From an uncultured Thermoleophilia bacterium (GTDB taxonomy: Bacteria; Actinomycetota; Thermoleophilia; UBA2241): a DNA stretch of 64,000 bases. The DNA lies in assembly GCA_963715985.1 (NCBI GenBank), contig CAVQSP010000009.1, forward strand, positions 96,001 through 160,000, read 5' to 3'. This document shows positions 45,489-55,998 of this stretch, piece after piece. A model generated the notes under the pieces. The model was not told where the DNA came from. It did no database searches and was given only the letters and a program-made list of their open reading frames with translations. The position numbers and the translations under genes are program-made. Each line of letters starts with the position of its first letter. Within the stretch, counting starts at the first letter, position 1.

Positions 45489-46028
45489 ATGAGCGCACCT
45501 AACGGCACCCTTGTCTCCGAGATCCGCACGGCCACCGGCATCAACGCGGCCACCTGTTACCAGTGCGGCAAGTGCTCGGCCGGTTGTCCCATGGCGTCCG
45601 AGTCAGACCTGCGCCCGCACAACGTCATGCGTCTCGTCGTGCAGGACCGTCGCGAGCAGGCGCTCCACGACGAGTCCATCTGGCTCTGCCTCACCTGCGA
45701 GACGTGTTCCGCGCGCTGCCCCAACGCCTGCGACCCGGCGCGCGTCATCGACCAGCTACGGGAGATGAGCATCGAGGCCGGCGCCGCCGACATGCCGCGC
45801 ACCATCGGCGCCTTCCACAGAGCCTTCCTCGACCAGATCCGCAACAACGGCCGTCTCCACGAGTTCGGCATGGTCATGGAGTACAAGCTGCGCAGCGGCG
45901 AACTCATGAAGGACGCCGCCAGCGCGCCGGCCATGATCCAGCGCGGCAAGCTCAGCTTTCGCGCCGAGCGCATCGAGGGCATGTCCGAGATCAAACGCAT
46001 CTTCGCGATGTGCGGGGTGACCCCGTGA
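45489..46028 (+). CDS. hdrC: Heterodisulfide reductase subunit C
   Basis: CYQCGKCSAGCP, WLCLTCETCSARCP, GRLHE. Confidence 0.9.
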   Translation: MSAPNGTLVSEIRTATGINAATCYQCGKCSAGCPMASESDLRPHNVMRLVVQDRREQALHDESIWLCLTCETCSARCPNACDPARVIDQLREMSIEAGAADMPRTIGAFHRAFLDQIRNNGRLHEFGMVMEYKLRSGELMKDAASAPAMIQRGKLSFRAERIEGMSEIKRIFAMCGVTP

Positions 46029-47137
46029 ATGGCCTCCGTAGTCAAACTATCGAGCGGGGCACCGAAGGAGCACCTCTCCGCGCTGCAAGCGCCACGGTGC
46101 GCGCCGCCAACGACTACGCCTACTACCCCGGCTGCTCCCTGCACGGCACCTCGCGCGAGTTCGACGAAAGCCTGCGCGCCGTGGCCGCCGAACTGAGGGT
46201 GGGCCTCACCGAGGTCACGGACTGGTCCTGCTGCGGCGCCAGCAGCGGGCACACCACCGACCACCTCCTCGGCGTGGCGCTGCCCGCCCGCAACCTGGCG
46301 CTGGCCGAGTCTCAGGGCTTCTCCTCCGTGCTCGCGCCCTGCGCCGCCTGCTACAACCGCCTCTCCGCGGCGCGTCTGGCCGTCGCTGAGGAAGAAGGAC
46401 TGGCGGAGCGCATCCCCGACATCCTCGGGCGCCCCTTCGCCAACACGGTGGAGGTACACAACGCCGTCGAGCTCCTGCGCGACGCCGCCTCGGACATCGA
46501 GGAGAAGCTCGCCGCCGCCCTGACCACCAGGCCCAACCCCATGGAGGGCGTCAAGCTGGCCAGCTACTACGGCTGCCTGCTCGTCCGCCCCTTCGAGGTC
46601 TGCGGCTACGACGACCCGGAGCAGCCCACGTCCATGGACGACGTGGTGCGCGCCTGCGGCGCCGAGCCTGTGGACTGGGACATGAAGGTCGAGTGCTGCG
46701 GCGGCTCCTTCAGCGTCAGCCGTACCGCCTCGGTGCTTCGCCTCGGACGCTCCATCATCGAGAACGCCCGCGCCCACGGCGCCGAGGCCATCGTGGTGGC
46801 GTGCCCGCTGTGCCACTCCAACCTCGACCTGCGCCAGAAGGCGGCGGTCGACCGCGGCGCTGCGCCCATGCCCATCCTGTTCATCACGCAGGTCGCAGGC
46901 CTCGCGCTGCGGCTCTCGCCGGTGGAGCTCGGCCTCACCCGCCACTTCGTGGACACCGAGCCCTTCCTGGCCGATCTGCTCGCCCGCGCCAACGTGCGCG
47001 TGGAAGAGGAGAAGAAGCTGCAGGCCGAGGCGGCCGCCAAGGCGGCCGCCCGCGCCGAGAAGCAGAAGGTCGCCGCTGCCGCCGCCGGGACCGGCGTGCG
47101 CGTCGAGCGATGCCCCCGAGCCGGCGGAAGGTGGTGA
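46025..47137 (+). CDS. hdrB: Heterodisulfide reductase subunit B
   Basis: YYPGC, DWSCCG, PCAAC, YYGCLL.RP, ECCG, ACPLC. Confidence 0.9.
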   Translation: MNGLRSQTIERGTEGAPLRAASATVRAANDYAYYPGCSLHGTSREFDESLRAVAAELRVGLTEVTDWSCCGASSGHTTDHLLGVALPARNLALAESQGFSSVLAPCAACYNRLSAARLAVAEEEGLAERIPDILGRPFANTVEVHNAVELLRDAASDIEEKLAAALTTRPNPMEGVKLASYYGCLLVRPFEVCGYDDPEQPTSMDDVVRACGAEPVDWDMKVECCGGSFSVSRTASVLRLGRSIIENARAHGAEAIVVACPLCHSNLDLRQKAAVDRGAAPMPILFITQVAGLALRLSPVELGLTRHFVDTEPFLADLLARANVRVEEEKKLQAEAAAKAAARAEKQKVAAAAAGTGVRVERCPRAGGRW

Positions 47138-47143
47138 GGCTCA

Positions 47144-49171
47144 GTGAGCCGCATCGGCGTCTTCGTCTGTCACTGCGGCGAGAACATCGCCCGCACCGTC
47201 GACTGCGCCGCGGTCGCGGAGGCCCTCAAGGACCACCCCGGCGTGGCCCACGCCGAGGACTACAAGTACATGTGCTCGGACCCGGGCCAGGCCCTCGTCA
47301 AGAAGGCCATCGAGGAGAACCACCTCACCGGCGTCGTCATCGCCGCGTGCTCGCCGCACATGCATGAGAAGACCTTCCGCCGCGCCTGCGACCAGGCGGG
47401 GCTCAACAAGTTCATGTGCGAGATGGCCAACGTCCGCGAGCACTGCTCGTGGATCCACGAGGACCGTGGCGAAGCCACGGCCAAGGCCATCGACATCGGC
47501 CGCACCATCATCGAGAAGGTCAAGCACAACAAGCCGCTCGAGGTCATCAAGATCCCCGTCACCAAGCGCGCCATGGTCATCGGCGGCGGCATCGCCGGCA
47601 TCCAGGCGGCGCTGGACATCGCCGACGGCGGCCACGAGGTCATCATCGTGGAGAAGGAGGCGTCGATCGGCGGCCATATGAGCCAGCTGAGCGAGACCTT
47701 CCCCACCCTGGACTGCTCCCAGTGCATCCTCACCCCGCGCATGGTGGAGGCGTACCAGCACCCCAACATCAAGCTGTACACCTGGAGCGAGGTCGAGAAG
47801 GTCGACGGCTACATCGGCAACTTCGAGGTCACGGTGCGCAAGAAGGCGCGCAGCGTCAACGAGGACCTCTGCAACGGCTGCGGCGACTGCTTCGGGGTCT
47901 GCCCGTCCAAGAAGATCCCCAGCGAGTTCGAGGCCGGGCTGGGCAAGCGCACCGCCATCTACGTGCCCTTCCCGCAGGCCGTGCCCAACATCCCCGTGCT
48001 GGACCGCGAGAACTGCACCCTCTTCAAGGGCCGCCGCAAGGGCCTCAAGAAGGAGGCCTGCGGCAACTGCAAAGAGGCGTGCCTCAAAGGCGCCATCGAC
48101 TACGACACCGAGGACACCTTCGTGACCGAGCAGATCGGGGCCATCGTGGTCGCGACCGGCTACAAGCTCTACGACATCGGTCGCGACCAGCCCGAGGGCC
48201 TCAAGGGCTACGGCGAGTACGGGTACGGCGAGGTGCCGGACGTCATCGACGGCCTGCAGTTCGAGCGCCTGGCCTCGGCCAGCGGGCCGACGGCGGGCGC
48301 CATCCTCAGGCCGTCCGACGGCACGGAGCCCAAGACGGTGGTCTTCGTCCATTGCGTGGGCTCCCGCGACCCGGAGAAGGGCATGGAGTACTGCAGCAAG
48401 ATCTGCTGCATGTACAACGCCAAGCACGCCATGCTCTACAAGCACAAGGTGCACGACGGCCGCGCCGTGGCCTTCTACATGGACATCCGCGCCAACGGCA
48501 AGGGCTACGACGAGTTCAGTCGGCGCGCCATCGAGGAGGACGGCGCCGAGTACGTCCGCGGCCGCGTGAGCCGCATCTTCCGCGACGGCGACAAGGTCAA
48601 GGTGTGGGGCTACGACACCCTGGCCGGCGAGCAGGTCGTCATCGACGCCGACATGGTCGTGCTGGCCACCGCCATGCGCCCCAACGACGGCGTGCGCGAG
48701 CTCGCCCAGAAGCTCAGCGTGAGCGTCGACGCGCATGGCTTCATCAACGAGGCGCACCCCAAGCTGCGCCCCGTGGAGACCAACACCGCCGGGGTCTTCG
48801 TGGCCGGCGCCTGCCAGTCGCCGCGCGACATCCCGGACGCGGTGGCCATGGCGAGCGCCACCAGCGCCAAGGTGCTGGGCCTCTTCAGCGCCGACGAGCT
48901 CGAGCGCGAGCCCGCCGTGGCCGTCGTCAGCGAGCAGACCTGCATCGGTTGCATGCGCTGCGCCCTCGTGTGCCCCTACGGCGCCATCGAGCAGCGCGAC
49001 ATCTGCACCGTGGACGGCCAGGTGTGCGGCCACACCGCCTACGTGAACCCGGGCGTGTGTCAGGGCTGCGGCACCTGCGAGGCGGTGTGCCTGAGCAACA
49101 GCGTCGAGCTGCAGACGTTCACCGACGAGCAGGTCTACAGCGAGATCAACGCGCTCTGCGCGTGGGAGTGA
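47144..49171 (+). CDS. hdrA: Heterodisulfide reductase subunit A
   Basis: RIGVFVCHCG, AACSP, ANVREHCSW, GGGIAG, TFPTLDCSQCILTP, CVGSRD, YCSKICC, two ferredoxin domains. Confidence 0.95.
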   Translation: MSRIGVFVCHCGENIARTVDCAAVAEALKDHPGVAHAEDYKYMCSDPGQALVKKAIEENHLTGVVIAACSPHMHEKTFRRACDQAGLNKFMCEMANVREHCSWIHEDRGEATAKAIDIGRTIIEKVKHNKPLEVIKIPVTKRAMVIGGGIAGIQAALDIADGGHEVIIVEKEASIGGHMSQLSETFPTLDCSQCILTPRMVEAYQHPNIKLYTWSEVEKVDGYIGNFEVTVRKKARSVNEDLCNGCGDCFGVCPSKKIPSEFEAGLGKRTAIYVPFPQAVPNIPVLDRENCTLFKGRRKGLKKEACGNCKEACLKGAIDYDTEDTFVTEQIGAIVVATGYKLYDIGRDQPEGLKGYGEYGYGEVPDVIDGLQFERLASASGPTAGAILRPSDGTEPKTVVFVHCVGSRDPEKGMEYCSKICCMYNAKHAMLYKHKVHDGRAVAFYMDIRANGKGYDEFSRRAIEEDGAEYVRGRVSRIFRDGDKVKVWGYDTLAGEQVVIDADMVVLATAMRPNDGVRELAQKLSVSVDAHGFINEAHPKLRPVETNTAGVFVAGACQSPRDIPDAVAMASATSAKVLGLFSADELEREPAVAVVSEQTCIGCMRCALVCPYGAIEQRDICTVDGQVCGHTAYVNPGVCQGCGTCEAVCLSNSVELQTFTDEQVYSEINALCAWE

Positions 49172-49178
49172 GAGAACC

Positions 49179-49679
49179 GTGAGCGACACACACGCCGACT
49201 TCGAGCCCCGCATCACGGCCTTCGTCTGCAACTGGTGCACCTACACCGGCGCCGACCTGGCCGGCACGAGCCGCCTGCACATGGCGAGCAACGTGCGCCT
49301 CATCCGCCTGCCCTGCACCGGACGCATCGACCCCCTCTTCATCATCAAGGCGTTCGAGCGCGGCGCCGACGGCGTCATCGTCAGCGGCTGCCATCCCGCC
49401 GACTGCCACTACACCTCGGGCAACTACCACGCGCGGCGCCGCTTCGCGGTGTTCCACGACTTCCTCGAGTTCATCGGCGTCGACCCCCGCCGCATCACCT
49501 TCAGCTGGGTGTCCGCCAGCGAGGGCGCCAAGTGGCGCGACGTGGTGGACGAGACCGTCGCCAACGTCGTGGCATTGGGCCCGTACGACGAGTACAGGGC
49601 GCTGGCGCCGGAGGCCGTCGAGCCGTGGCCCGGCGCTTTGCAGCCGGAGCCGGCCGTGGCCGCAGGGGAGGCCTCATGA
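49179..49679 (+). CDS. flxD: MvhD-like [2Fe-2S] subunit (FlxD)
   Basis: FVCNWCTY.GADLAG, PCTGRID, GCHPADCHY..GN, WVSASEG. Confidence 0.88.
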   Translation: MSDTHADFEPRITAFVCNWCTYTGADLAGTSRLHMASNVRLIRLPCTGRIDPLFIIKAFERGADGVIVSGCHPADCHYTSGNYHARRRFAVFHDFLEFIGVDPRRITFSWVSASEGAKWRDVVDETVANVVALGPYDEYRALAPEAVEPWPGALQPEPAVAAGEAS

Positions 49680-50608
49680 GCGACGCGACCACCGCCACCA
49701 TGGCCGAGGCCCCCGTGTACACCGGCGTGGACGACCTGCGCCGCATCGCCCGCGAGCTGCTCGAGGCCGGCGACGTGCGCGTCATCATCGGCTGGGAGCA
49801 CGCACGCCGCGGCGCGCGGCCGGTGTTCATCGCCGACCCGGCCGAGGCCGACAAGCTCATCTTCGACACGCGCTGCGTGCACAACCTCGTCACCTACCTC
49901 AACCCGCGCCGCGACCACGTCACGGAGCTGGGCAAGATCGGGCTCGTCGTCAAGGGCTGCGACGTGAAGGCGGTCGCGGGCCTGCTGCGCGAGCAGCAGA
50001 TCGACCGCGACCACGTCGTGCTCATCGGGGTCAAGTGCGGCGGCGTGCTCGAGGAGAACGAGCTGCCCGCCGCCGTCGCCCTCTCGCCCGAGAACGTGGC
50101 GCCGCGGTGCTACGGCTGCGACAACCGCGAGCCCACCCTGGTCGATCACCTGGTGGGCGAGTCGCAGCCCGAGCCGCCGCGCCCGGTCATGACCATCGAC
50201 GAGCGCGTCGCCATCCTCGACGAGAAGCCCCTCGAGGAGCGCTGGGCCTTCTGGACCGAGCAGTTCAGCAAGTGCGTGCGCTGCTACGCCTGCCGCCAGG
50301 TGTGCCCCCTCTGCATCTGTGAGCGCTGCATCGTCGAGAAGACGCAGCCGCAGTGGATAGAGCCGTCGGCGCACCCCCGCGGCAACATGAGCTGGAACAT
50401 CACCCGCGCCGTCCACCTGGCCGGCCGCTGCGTCGATTGCGGCGAGTGCGAGCGCTTCTGCCCGGTGGGCATCCCGCTCAGTCTCGTCAACCGCAAGCTG
50501 CAGCAGATCGTCCACGACCGCTACGACTACGTCGTGGCCGAGGACCCGGAGAAGCCGGCGCCCATCGGCGACTATCGTCTCGACGACCAGCAGGAGTTCA
50601 TCAAGTGA
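49676..50608 (+). CDS. flxC: Flx Fe-S subunit C
   Basis: KGCD, KCVRCYACRQVCPLC.C, HLAGRCVDCGECERFCP; position within hdrCBA-flxDCBA. Confidence 0.75.
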   Translation: MSDATTATMAEAPVYTGVDDLRRIARELLEAGDVRVIIGWEHARRGARPVFIADPAEADKLIFDTRCVHNLVTYLNPRRDHVTELGKIGLVVKGCDVKAVAGLLREQQIDRDHVVLIGVKCGGVLEENELPAAVALSPENVAPRCYGCDNREPTLVDHLVGESQPEPPRPVMTIDERVAILDEKPLEERWAFWTEQFSKCVRCYACRQVCPLCICERCIVEKTQPQWIEPSAHPRGNMSWNITRAVHLAGRCVDCGECERFCPVGIPLSLVNRKLQQIVHDRYDYVVAEDPEKPAPIGDYRLDDQQEFIK

Positions 50609-51735
50609 GCGATCGCTACTTCATCAGCACCGAAGACCTGCGTGGCCTCGCCGGCGACCTGATCGCCGCAGGCACCGAAGTGATCGCGCCCGTCGCCGTC
50701 GACATCTGCCAGTCGCCGGCCGCCTTCGCCGCCTCCGCGTGCAGGCTGCCGGGCACGACGGCCGTCGACGTCGACTACCGCATGCTCGGCGACGCGGCCG
50801 AGCTGGACCTCAGCCGCGGCCTCCCGGAGCTCTCGCTCAAGGGCTACTTCCTGCCCGAGCACGAGGCGCTCTGCCGCTGGAGGCAGAAGGGCACCACCGT
50901 CGAGGTCCAGGAGGTGCCCACCGAGTTCGCTCCGCGGGTCGTGCTCGCGGCCAAGCCCTGCGACGCCGCCGCCCTGGTCGTGGTCGACCAGGTCATGAAC
51001 TGGGACTACGAGGACGAGCTGTGGAACGGCCGCCGCGCGGCCACCACCGTCATCAACCTCTCCTGCCCGGTCATCGACGACAGCTGTTTCTGCACCGCGG
51101 TCGGCGCCGCTCCCGACGACACCAAGGGCGCCGACGGCCTGCTCACGCAAGTCGAGGGCGGCTACGTCCTCGAGGTCACCACCGACAAGGGGCGCGCCCT
51201 GGCCGAGGCCCACAAGGCGCGCCTCAGCACGGACGTCCCCGCCGACACCCTCGGGCGGCAGGCCGACGACGAGCGCTCCGCGGCTCGCGCTCGCGTGGCC
51301 GCCAACCTCGAGATCGACGCCGGCTCCGTGCGCGACTGGATCGCCACCCACTTCGAAGATCCGCTGCTGGCCATGCTCGCCGTCCGCTGCAACGGCTGCG
51401 GCGCCTGCACCAGCGTGTGCCCCACCTGCCACTGCTTCGACATCGTCGATGAAGAAGAGGGCGTCGGCCGCGGCACCCGGCGTCGCTGCTGGGACACCTG
51501 CCAGGCGCCCACGTTCACGCTGCACGCCAGCGGCCACAACCCGCGCGACAACCAGCACGTGCGGTACCGGCAGCGCATCAACCACAAGTTCTCCATCTAC
51601 CCGCTCAAGTTCGGCGAGGTCCTCTGCACCGGCTGCGGGCGCTGCACGCGCGTGTGCCACGCCGGCCAGGACCTCGTGGAGATCCTTGCGCACATCGACA
51701 TCGCGGCGCGACGGCCCGCGGAGGCGGCATCATGA
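50605..51735 (+). CDS. flxB: Flx Fe-S subunit B (AsrA/sulfhydrogenase beta-like)
   Basis: KPCD, CFC, CNGCGACTSVCPTCHCF, R.WDTC, HKF, CTGCGRC. Confidence 0.8.
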   Translation: MSDRYFISTEDLRGLAGDLIAAGTEVIAPVAVDICQSPAAFAASACRLPGTTAVDVDYRMLGDAAELDLSRGLPELSLKGYFLPEHEALCRWRQKGTTVEVQEVPTEFAPRVVLAAKPCDAAALVVVDQVMNWDYEDELWNGRRAATTVINLSCPVIDDSCFCTAVGAAPDDTKGADGLLTQVEGGYVLEVTTDKGRALAEAHKARLSTDVPADTLGRQADDERSAARARVAANLEIDAGSVRDWIATHFEDPLLAMLAVRCNGCGACTSVCPTCHCFDIVDEEEGVGRGTRRRCWDTCQAPTFTLHASGHNPRDNQHVRYRQRINHKFSIYPLKFGEVLCTGCGRCTRVCHAGQDLVEILAHIDIAARRPAEAAS

Positions 51736-52563
51736 ACATCTACCAGCCGCAGCTCGCCACCGTCACCGAGCTGATCGACGAGACTCCCGACACGCGCACC
51801 CTGCGCCTGGAGTTCCAGGACGAGGCGCTGCGCTCGTCCTTCGAGTTCAAGGCCGGCCAGTTCGGCGAGTACAGCATCTTCGGCGCCGGCGAGAGTACGT
51901 TCTGCATCGCCAGCTCACCCACGCGCGAGGGCTACATCGAGTGCAGCTTCAAGGCCGTGGGCAAGGTCACCTCGGCCCTGCGCGAGGCCAATATCGGCGA
52001 CATCGTGGGCTTCCGCGGCCCGTACGGCAACTGGTTCCCGGTGGACGACTGGAAGGGCAAGGACGTGGTCTTCGTGGCCGGCGGCATCGGCCTCGCCGCC
52101 GGTGCGCTGCGTCATCTGGAACGTGCTCGATCGCCGCGACGAGTTCGGCGACGTCACCATCGTCTACGGCGCGCGCAGCGTGAGTGACCTCGTGTACAAG
52201 CGCGAGCTGGAGGAGTGGGGCTCGCGCACCGACGTCAAGATGGTCACCACCGTCGACCCCGGCGGCCAGACCGAGGACTGGACCGGCGATGTGGGCTACG
52301 TCACGCCGGTCGTCGAGAAGACGGCGCCCAAGGCCGACAACGCGGTCGCCGTGCTCTGCGGCCCGCCCATCGTGGTCAAGCTCACGCTGCCGGTGCTGGA
52401 GCAGCTCGGCTTCGCCGAGGACGCCATCTTCACCACGCTCGAGAACCGCATGAAGTGCGGGATCGGCAAGTGCGGCCGCTGCAACATCGGGCCCGTGTAC
52501 GTGTGCAAGGACGGGCCGGTCTTCACCGCCGCACAGATGAAAGAGCTGCCGCCGGAGTTCTGA
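51732..52563 (+). CDS. flxA: Flx FAD/NAD(P)H-binding subunit A (AsrB-like; frameshift near 52100)
   Basis: GQF, RGPYGN, AGGIGLA, YGAR, CGPP, LENRMKCGIGKCGRC...VCKDGPVF. Confidence 0.85.
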
Positions 52564-52611
52564 TCGGGCCGGCCCTCGTCACTCTGGCCGGCCACGCCGC
52601 AGCCGGACCCG

Positions 52612-53193
52612 ATGCTGCCGCCTGAGCTCACGACCGAGCGGCTCGTCCTCGACGGCCTCAGCGCCCGCGACGCGGACGCGTTCTCCGCCTACCGTGCGCT
52701 GCCCGAGGTGTGCCGCTTCCAGAGCTTCGCGCCCGCGGACGCGGAGGACGCGGCGCGTTTCATCGCGTCGGTCGAGCGGGCGGCCTGGGACGTCCCGGGG
52801 ACGTGGGCGCAGCTCGCGGTCCGCGACCGTGGCTCGCACACGCTCGTCGGCGACCTCGGCGTGCACTTCGTCGACGAGGAGCAGGTCGAGATCGGCTTCA
52901 CCGTCGCTCCGGCGTTCCAGCGGACCGGCCTCGGAACAGAGGCCGTCCGGGCGCTCCTCGACCACCTGTTCCTGGTGATGGGCAAGCATCGCGTCGTCGC
53001 CTCCGTGGACCCCCGCAACAAGGCGTCGGTCGCGCTGCTCGAACGGATCGGGATGCGCCGGGAGGCGCACTTTCGCGAGAGCCTGCGCTTCAAGGGGGAG
53101 TGGGCCGACGACCTCGTGTTCGCGGTGCTCGCTGGGGAGTGGCCGCGCAGCGCCGGCAGGAGCGCCGGCAGGGACCGCGGCCTCTCCGGTTGA
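52612..53193 (+). CDS. RimJ/RimL-family GNAT acetyltransferase
   Basis: TERL.L, EIGF, GLGTEA, DPRN.AS..LLERIGMRRE. Confidence 0.85.
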   Translation: MLPPELTTERLVLDGLSARDADAFSAYRALPEVCRFQSFAPADAEDAARFIASVERAAWDVPGTWAQLAVRDRGSHTLVGDLGVHFVDEEQVEIGFTVAPAFQRTGLGTEAVRALLDHLFLVMGKHRVVASVDPRNKASVALLERIGMRREAHFRESLRFKGEWADDLVFAVLAGEWPRSAGRSAGRDRGLSG

Positions 53194-53326
53194 CGCAGCC
53201 GTGACCTCCCATCACCGTTGGGGCGTGAACGGACGACCTGGGGCGGAAGAAGGCGTAGCCGGCCGCGATACGCAGTCTCGCAGCAGGCGGCGCCGCGGCG
53301 ATGAGGGCCACGCGCGGAGGCGGAGT

Positions 53327-54403
53327 GTGGGCCGCGCCCGGTCCGCGGTCGCCTTCTCCCTCGCGGTCGTGTTCATCGCGCTCGTGGCCTTCCCGCCCGC
53401 AGGCGCGGCGGCGCCCGCGTACCGCGTCTTCTTCGGCGACCTGCACGACCACACGCACTTCTCGGACGGGCAGGGGACCCCCGAGGAGGCCTGGGCGCGG
53501 GCCGCGGCGGGTGGCGCCGACTTCATGGCCGTCACCGACCACAGGGAAGGGCTCACGGCGGCCGAGTGGACCCGCACCCAGAGCGCCGCCGACGCCGCGA
53601 CCACTCCCACGTTCGTGGCCATCCCGGCGTTCGAGGTCAAGCCCAGGATCGGCCATCTCAACGTCTACGGCACGAGCGAACTGCCGCCGATCGGGCTGGA
53701 TGGAGCCGCCCTGTACGACTGGATCGCCGCCCAGGGGGCGATCGCTGAGTGGAACCACCCCAGGCGCAACAGCGACGACTTCGACGGCTACGCCTACCGC
53801 ACGCCGGTGCGCGCCGCCGCCATCGGTCTGCTCGAAGTGGTCAACCGCGGGAGCGGCTGGCTGTATCCCGATTTCGAGAGCAGCTACGTGCGCGCCCTCG
53901 ACAAAGGTTGGCGCATCATGCCCGCGGCCAACGGTGACGTCCACGACACATCCTGGATCACGGGCTACGGTACGCGCACGGCGCTTCTGGCTCCGGCCCT
54001 CACTCGCGATGGACTGTACGAGGCGATGACGGCGCGGCGCGGCTACGCCACCAAGCTCGACGGGCTCGTGGTGGACTACAAGGTCGGCGGAGCGGTGATG
54101 GGCTCGACGGTCACGCGGACGGGCGCTCGGCTTCCGGTCACGGTACACGTGCGCGAGCGGGACGCGGCGGGCGGCGCCGTCATCAGCAAGCTGGAGATCA
54201 TCACCAACGGCGGCAAGGTCGTGGCCTCGCACAAAGGGGACACCGCGGCGGCCGACTGGACGTCCAGCGTCCGGTCGCGCGCCGGCCGCTACTACTACCT
54301 GCGCGTGTGGACCAGGGGCTTCCTGGGGCTGGGCGCCAAGACGGCCTGGACGGCGCCGGTCTGGGTGGTGGCCGGGGCGTCGGCCGGCGGCATCTCGCGG
54401 TAG
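53327..54403 (+). CDS. Secreted PHP-domain (CehA/McbA-like) metallohydrolase
   Basis: Signal peptide, GDLHDHT.FSDG, AVTDH, GHLN, NHP, NGDVH. Confidence 0.75.
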   Translation: MGRARSAVAFSLAVVFIALVAFPPAGAAAPAYRVFFGDLHDHTHFSDGQGTPEEAWARAAAGGADFMAVTDHREGLTAAEWTRTQSAADAATTPTFVAIPAFEVKPRIGHLNVYGTSELPPIGLDGAALYDWIAAQGAIAEWNHPRRNSDDFDGYAYRTPVRAAAIGLLEVVNRGSGWLYPDFESSYVRALDKGWRIMPAANGDVHDTSWITGYGTRTALLAPALTRDGLYEAMTARRGYATKLDGLVVDYKVGGAVMGSTVTRTGARLPVTVHVRERDAAGGAVISKLEIITNGGKVVASHKGDTAAADWTSSVRSRAGRYYYLRVWTRGFLGLGAKTAWTAPVWVVAGASAGGISR

Positions 54404-54629
54404 CGACGGAGCGCAGGATGCCCGTCCCCATCCCCTTCGTCCTCGTCTGACTCGGCAGGCGGCTCCCCGGCCGACCTGCCCCGGTCACCCCAGCGGCGGC
54501 GCAGGGCAGGGGAGATGTCGTACCATCCACACGACCGACGATCGCCGGCACGCCGGCAGAACACTCAACGACAGGACACTCCCGGGCGCACCGCGGCGCT
54601 GACGAGAGAGACAGGAGACGACGCACGCC

Positions 54630-55058
54630 ATGCTGTACCTGGGCCACTTCTCTTTCACGACTGCCCCGACCGACGAGGACGGGCCGTCGCACGGGGTCTT
54701 CACCTGCTGCGCCGACGCCGAGGACGTCGATGCGGCGCTCGAGAAGCTGCGCGCACTGGTCCTCCGCCTGAAGGAGGAGGACGACACGCTCGACGACGTG
54801 AGCGAGGTGTACCTCGACAGCTGCGTGGAGGTCAGGACGATGCCGGAGGCCGGCATGATGTCCTACTGGATCAAGTGGCCGCACGAGGAGACCACCTCCA
54901 TCTCCACAGGGCTCCGCTGGGCCGGCGACGACGAGGCGGTCGGGTACTCCATCCTCCCCGACGACGACCACGCCGAAGATGAGCACGATCACGACCACGC
55001 TGATGACGGGGCGGACGACGACGAAGGCTACGAAGTCGAGCCGTTCGTGGAGTTCTGA
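54630..55058 (+). CDS. Hypothetical acidic protein with an Asp/His-rich tail
   Basis: AGGAG RBS, GC3-biased codons, tail DDDHAEDEHDHDHADD. Confidence 0.65.
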   Translation: MLYLGHFSFTTAPTDEDGPSHGVFTCCADAEDVDAALEKLRALVLRLKEEDDTLDDVSEVYLDSCVEVRTMPEAGMMSYWIKWPHEETTSISTGLRWAGDDEAVGYSILPDDDHAEDEHDHDHADDGADDDEGYEVEPFVEF

Positions 55059-55061
55059 CCC

Positions 55062-55976
55062 GTGCAGAAGGTGGACCCGAGCATGAACGCGGTGGCGGCC
55101 GCCGTCGGCGCGCCCGATTTCATCCTGCCGTGGCTCGACCGCTTCTACGAAACGGAGGACGTGGAGCTGGTCCTCGCCGCGCCGGCCCTGGACGGGGTCG
55201 ACGAGGCGCGGCTCGAGCGCGCCGTGCGTCGCGCGGTCCTCGACCGCGACGAGGCCGGCGTGCACACGCCGGCCTCCTTCCACGGGCGCCTCGAGATCTG
55301 GGCGATGTTCGAGGGCTGGAAGGACGTGCCGCTGGCCGTGCACCGGCAACTCGCCGACTGGGACGTCGACTACTACGCAGAGTCGATCCGCGCCGACGTC
55401 GAGGCCGTCCGCGACGGTCGCACGACCAGCGCGTACCAAGCCGCGTACACCTACCTGCTGCTCCCCGAGGCCGAGGCCGTCATCGCGGAGCAGGAGCACG
55501 TCTATCTGTGGCCCTGCGACTGCCGTTCTATCGTCTCGAAGTGCCGCAAGCCGCTGTTCGTCTGCCTGCGCTTCGAGAACGACCGTGGCTTGGGCTGGGA
55601 GATCTCCAAGCAGCGCGCCGTCGAGGTTTTGCACAGCAGCGACAAGGCCGGGCTCACGCACACCGACTACCTGAGCAACAGGCCGGGGGACCCGCACGCC
55701 ATCTGCAACTGCTGCACCGACTGCTGCTACCCGCACCTGGCCACGGACCGCTTGGGCACGGCTGACGTGTGGCCGGTGCGCCGGCACGTCGCCGTCATCG
55801 ACATGGGTGTCTGCACGAGCTGCGGCCGCTGCGGGCTGCGCTGCCCCTTCGACGCCATCATGTGCACCGTGAGCGGCCGGCCGGCGCTCGACCCGGCGCT
55901 CTGCCGCGGCTGCGGGCTCTGCGCCACGGGCTGCAGTGCGGACGCCATCGAGCTGCGGCCGCTCGCGGCCGGGTGA
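55062..55976 (+). CDS. 4Fe-4S dicluster domain protein
   Basis: CDCR, ICNCCTDCC, CTSCGRCGLRCP, CRGCGLCATGC. Confidence 0.8.
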   Translation: MQKVDPSMNAVAAAVGAPDFILPWLDRFYETEDVELVLAAPALDGVDEARLERAVRRAVLDRDEAGVHTPASFHGRLEIWAMFEGWKDVPLAVHRQLADWDVDYYAESIRADVEAVRDGRTTSAYQAAYTYLLLPEAEAVIAEQEHVYLWPCDCRSIVSKCRKPLFVCLRFENDRGLGWEISKQRAVEVLHSSDKAGLTHTDYLSNRPGDPHAICNCCTDCCYPHLATDRLGTADVWPVRRHVAVIDMGVCTSCGRCGLRCPFDAIMCTVSGRPALDPALCRGCGLCATGCSADAIELRPLAAG

Positions 55977-55998
55977 ACGCCCGGCCGGACGAACCGGC

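Noticed and set aside
47141-49240. Long antisense or shifted ORFs over real genes (also 621..2480, 37569..39596 and others)
   Set aside because: Shadow ORFs expected from high GC3, with no recognisable motifs.
47144-49679. Selenocysteine recoding in HdrA or MvhD/FlxD
   Set aside because: The positions that can be Sec in homologs are Cys here, and there is no in-frame TGA.
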